In this document: positions 63,459-64,000 of the stretch, in pieces
How the letters are laid out: each line of letters begins with the position of its first letter
Numbering within the stretch: position 1 is the first letter of the stretch
Virus record (IMG/VR): IMGVR_UViG_2061766007_000169
DNA length: 64,000 bases
Source of the DNA: an uncultured virus (IMG/VR IMGVR_UViG_2061766007_000169)
Lineage: Duplodnaviria > Heunggongvirae > Uroviricota > Caudoviricetes
Reading direction: 5' to 3' (one strand)
Notes under the pieces: generated by a model
What the model saw: only the letters and a program-made list of their open reading frames with translations
Told to the model about the DNA's origin: nothing
Database searches by the model: none
Made by a program: the position numbers and the translations under genes

Positions 63459-63680
63459 TTATTCCTCCTGATTATTCGGAATCCAAGATAAGAGATCCCC
63501 TGGTTGGCATTGGCATAGTTCACATATTTTATCGATTGTATCTGTCGTGATTGGGTCTCCGTGACGGAGCCGATCTATTGTGCTGCTTGCAATTATTTTT
63601 TCTTTTGTGAGTCGATAGGCAGACCATCCGCAATCAGATAACTTACCGAGGATGTTATTAAAAGCAATCAGTAATACCAC
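63459..63680 (-). CDS. Cro/C1-type HTH regulator
   Basis: STIDRLRHG..IT..TIDKICELCQCQPGDLL. Confidence 0.8.
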   Translation of the reverse strand: MVLLIAFNNILGKLSDCGWSAYRLTKEKIIASSTIDRLRHGDPITTDTIDKICELCQCQPGDLLSWIPNNQEE

Positions 63681-63693
63681 CTCCTTCTCCTTT

Positions 63694-63788
63694 ATTATAT
63701 CAAAAATTTTTTCTTAGTCAACCCCCAAAAAGGACTTGACACATAGTCCTATAAAGGATTATAATGCTTTTTAGAAAGGGGTTGACTA
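63694..63788. promoter_or_regulatory. Back-to-back sigma-A promoters with an 11-bp inverted repeat
   Basis: Rightward TTGACA-18-TATAAT; leftward TTGACT-16-TATAAT; TAGTCAACCCC (63715-63725) / GGGGTTGACTA (63778-63788). Confidence 0.7.
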
Positions 63789-63791
63789 TGA

Positions 63792-64000
63792 ATGTCTATT
63801 GTAGATAAACAGACGTTTGCAACAGAATTGCGTGAGAGATTGAGCGATAAACTGACATTAAAAGACATAGAATCTGTTGTCGGTGAACTCACGGATCAAA
63901 TGGCGTACTATGAAATGGAGCGCAGAGGGGATGATGCATTTCAAAAGGATTTTAACGAAATGCTAAATATCTTCTGCGACACGAAACGGATTGAGGGAAG
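63792..64000 (+). CDS. N-terminus of a probable second tyrosine recombinase (truncated by window end)
   Basis: MSIVDKQTF...LNIFCDTKRIEG; F...K..EG resembles the start of an integrase SAM-like domain; catalytic part not visible. Confidence 0.5.
   Translation, partial: MSIVDKQTFATELRERLSDKLTLKDIESVVGELTDQMAYYEMERRGDDAFQKDFNEMLNIFCDTKRIEG

Overview
A 64-kb stretch of a temperate, probably podovirus-like dsDNA phage, most likely infecting a Firmicutes/Clostridia host (inferred from gene content and consensus sigma-A promoters). It comes from a gapped scaffold that mixes several closely related strains: near-identical alleles flank 10-N gaps and one block is misoriented. Layout: (i) part of a giant virion-type multidomain protein with an embedded C5 DNA methyltransferase (2-4358); (ii) a long leftward early/replication arm with attP (tRNA-Trp-like) and integrase, primase-helicase, SNF2 helicase, PolA, SSB, Cas4-like nuclease, RNA ligase, a fragmented and circularly permuted C5 methyltransferase, repressor and a repeat array; (iii) a rightward packaging/structural arm (TerS, TerL, portal, scaffold, capsid, tail-stub proteins, SGNH tailspike). 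Highlights: a complete diversity-generating retroelement sitting in the head module; a group I intron in the major capsid gene; about six homing endonucleases, three of which duplicate or mimic the gene junction they sit in; and a candidate tailspike cassette-exchange system (TAAAG-N4-CTTTA-like sites) beside a second putative tyrosine recombinase at the right edge. All family names come from motif recognition by eye, not database searches.
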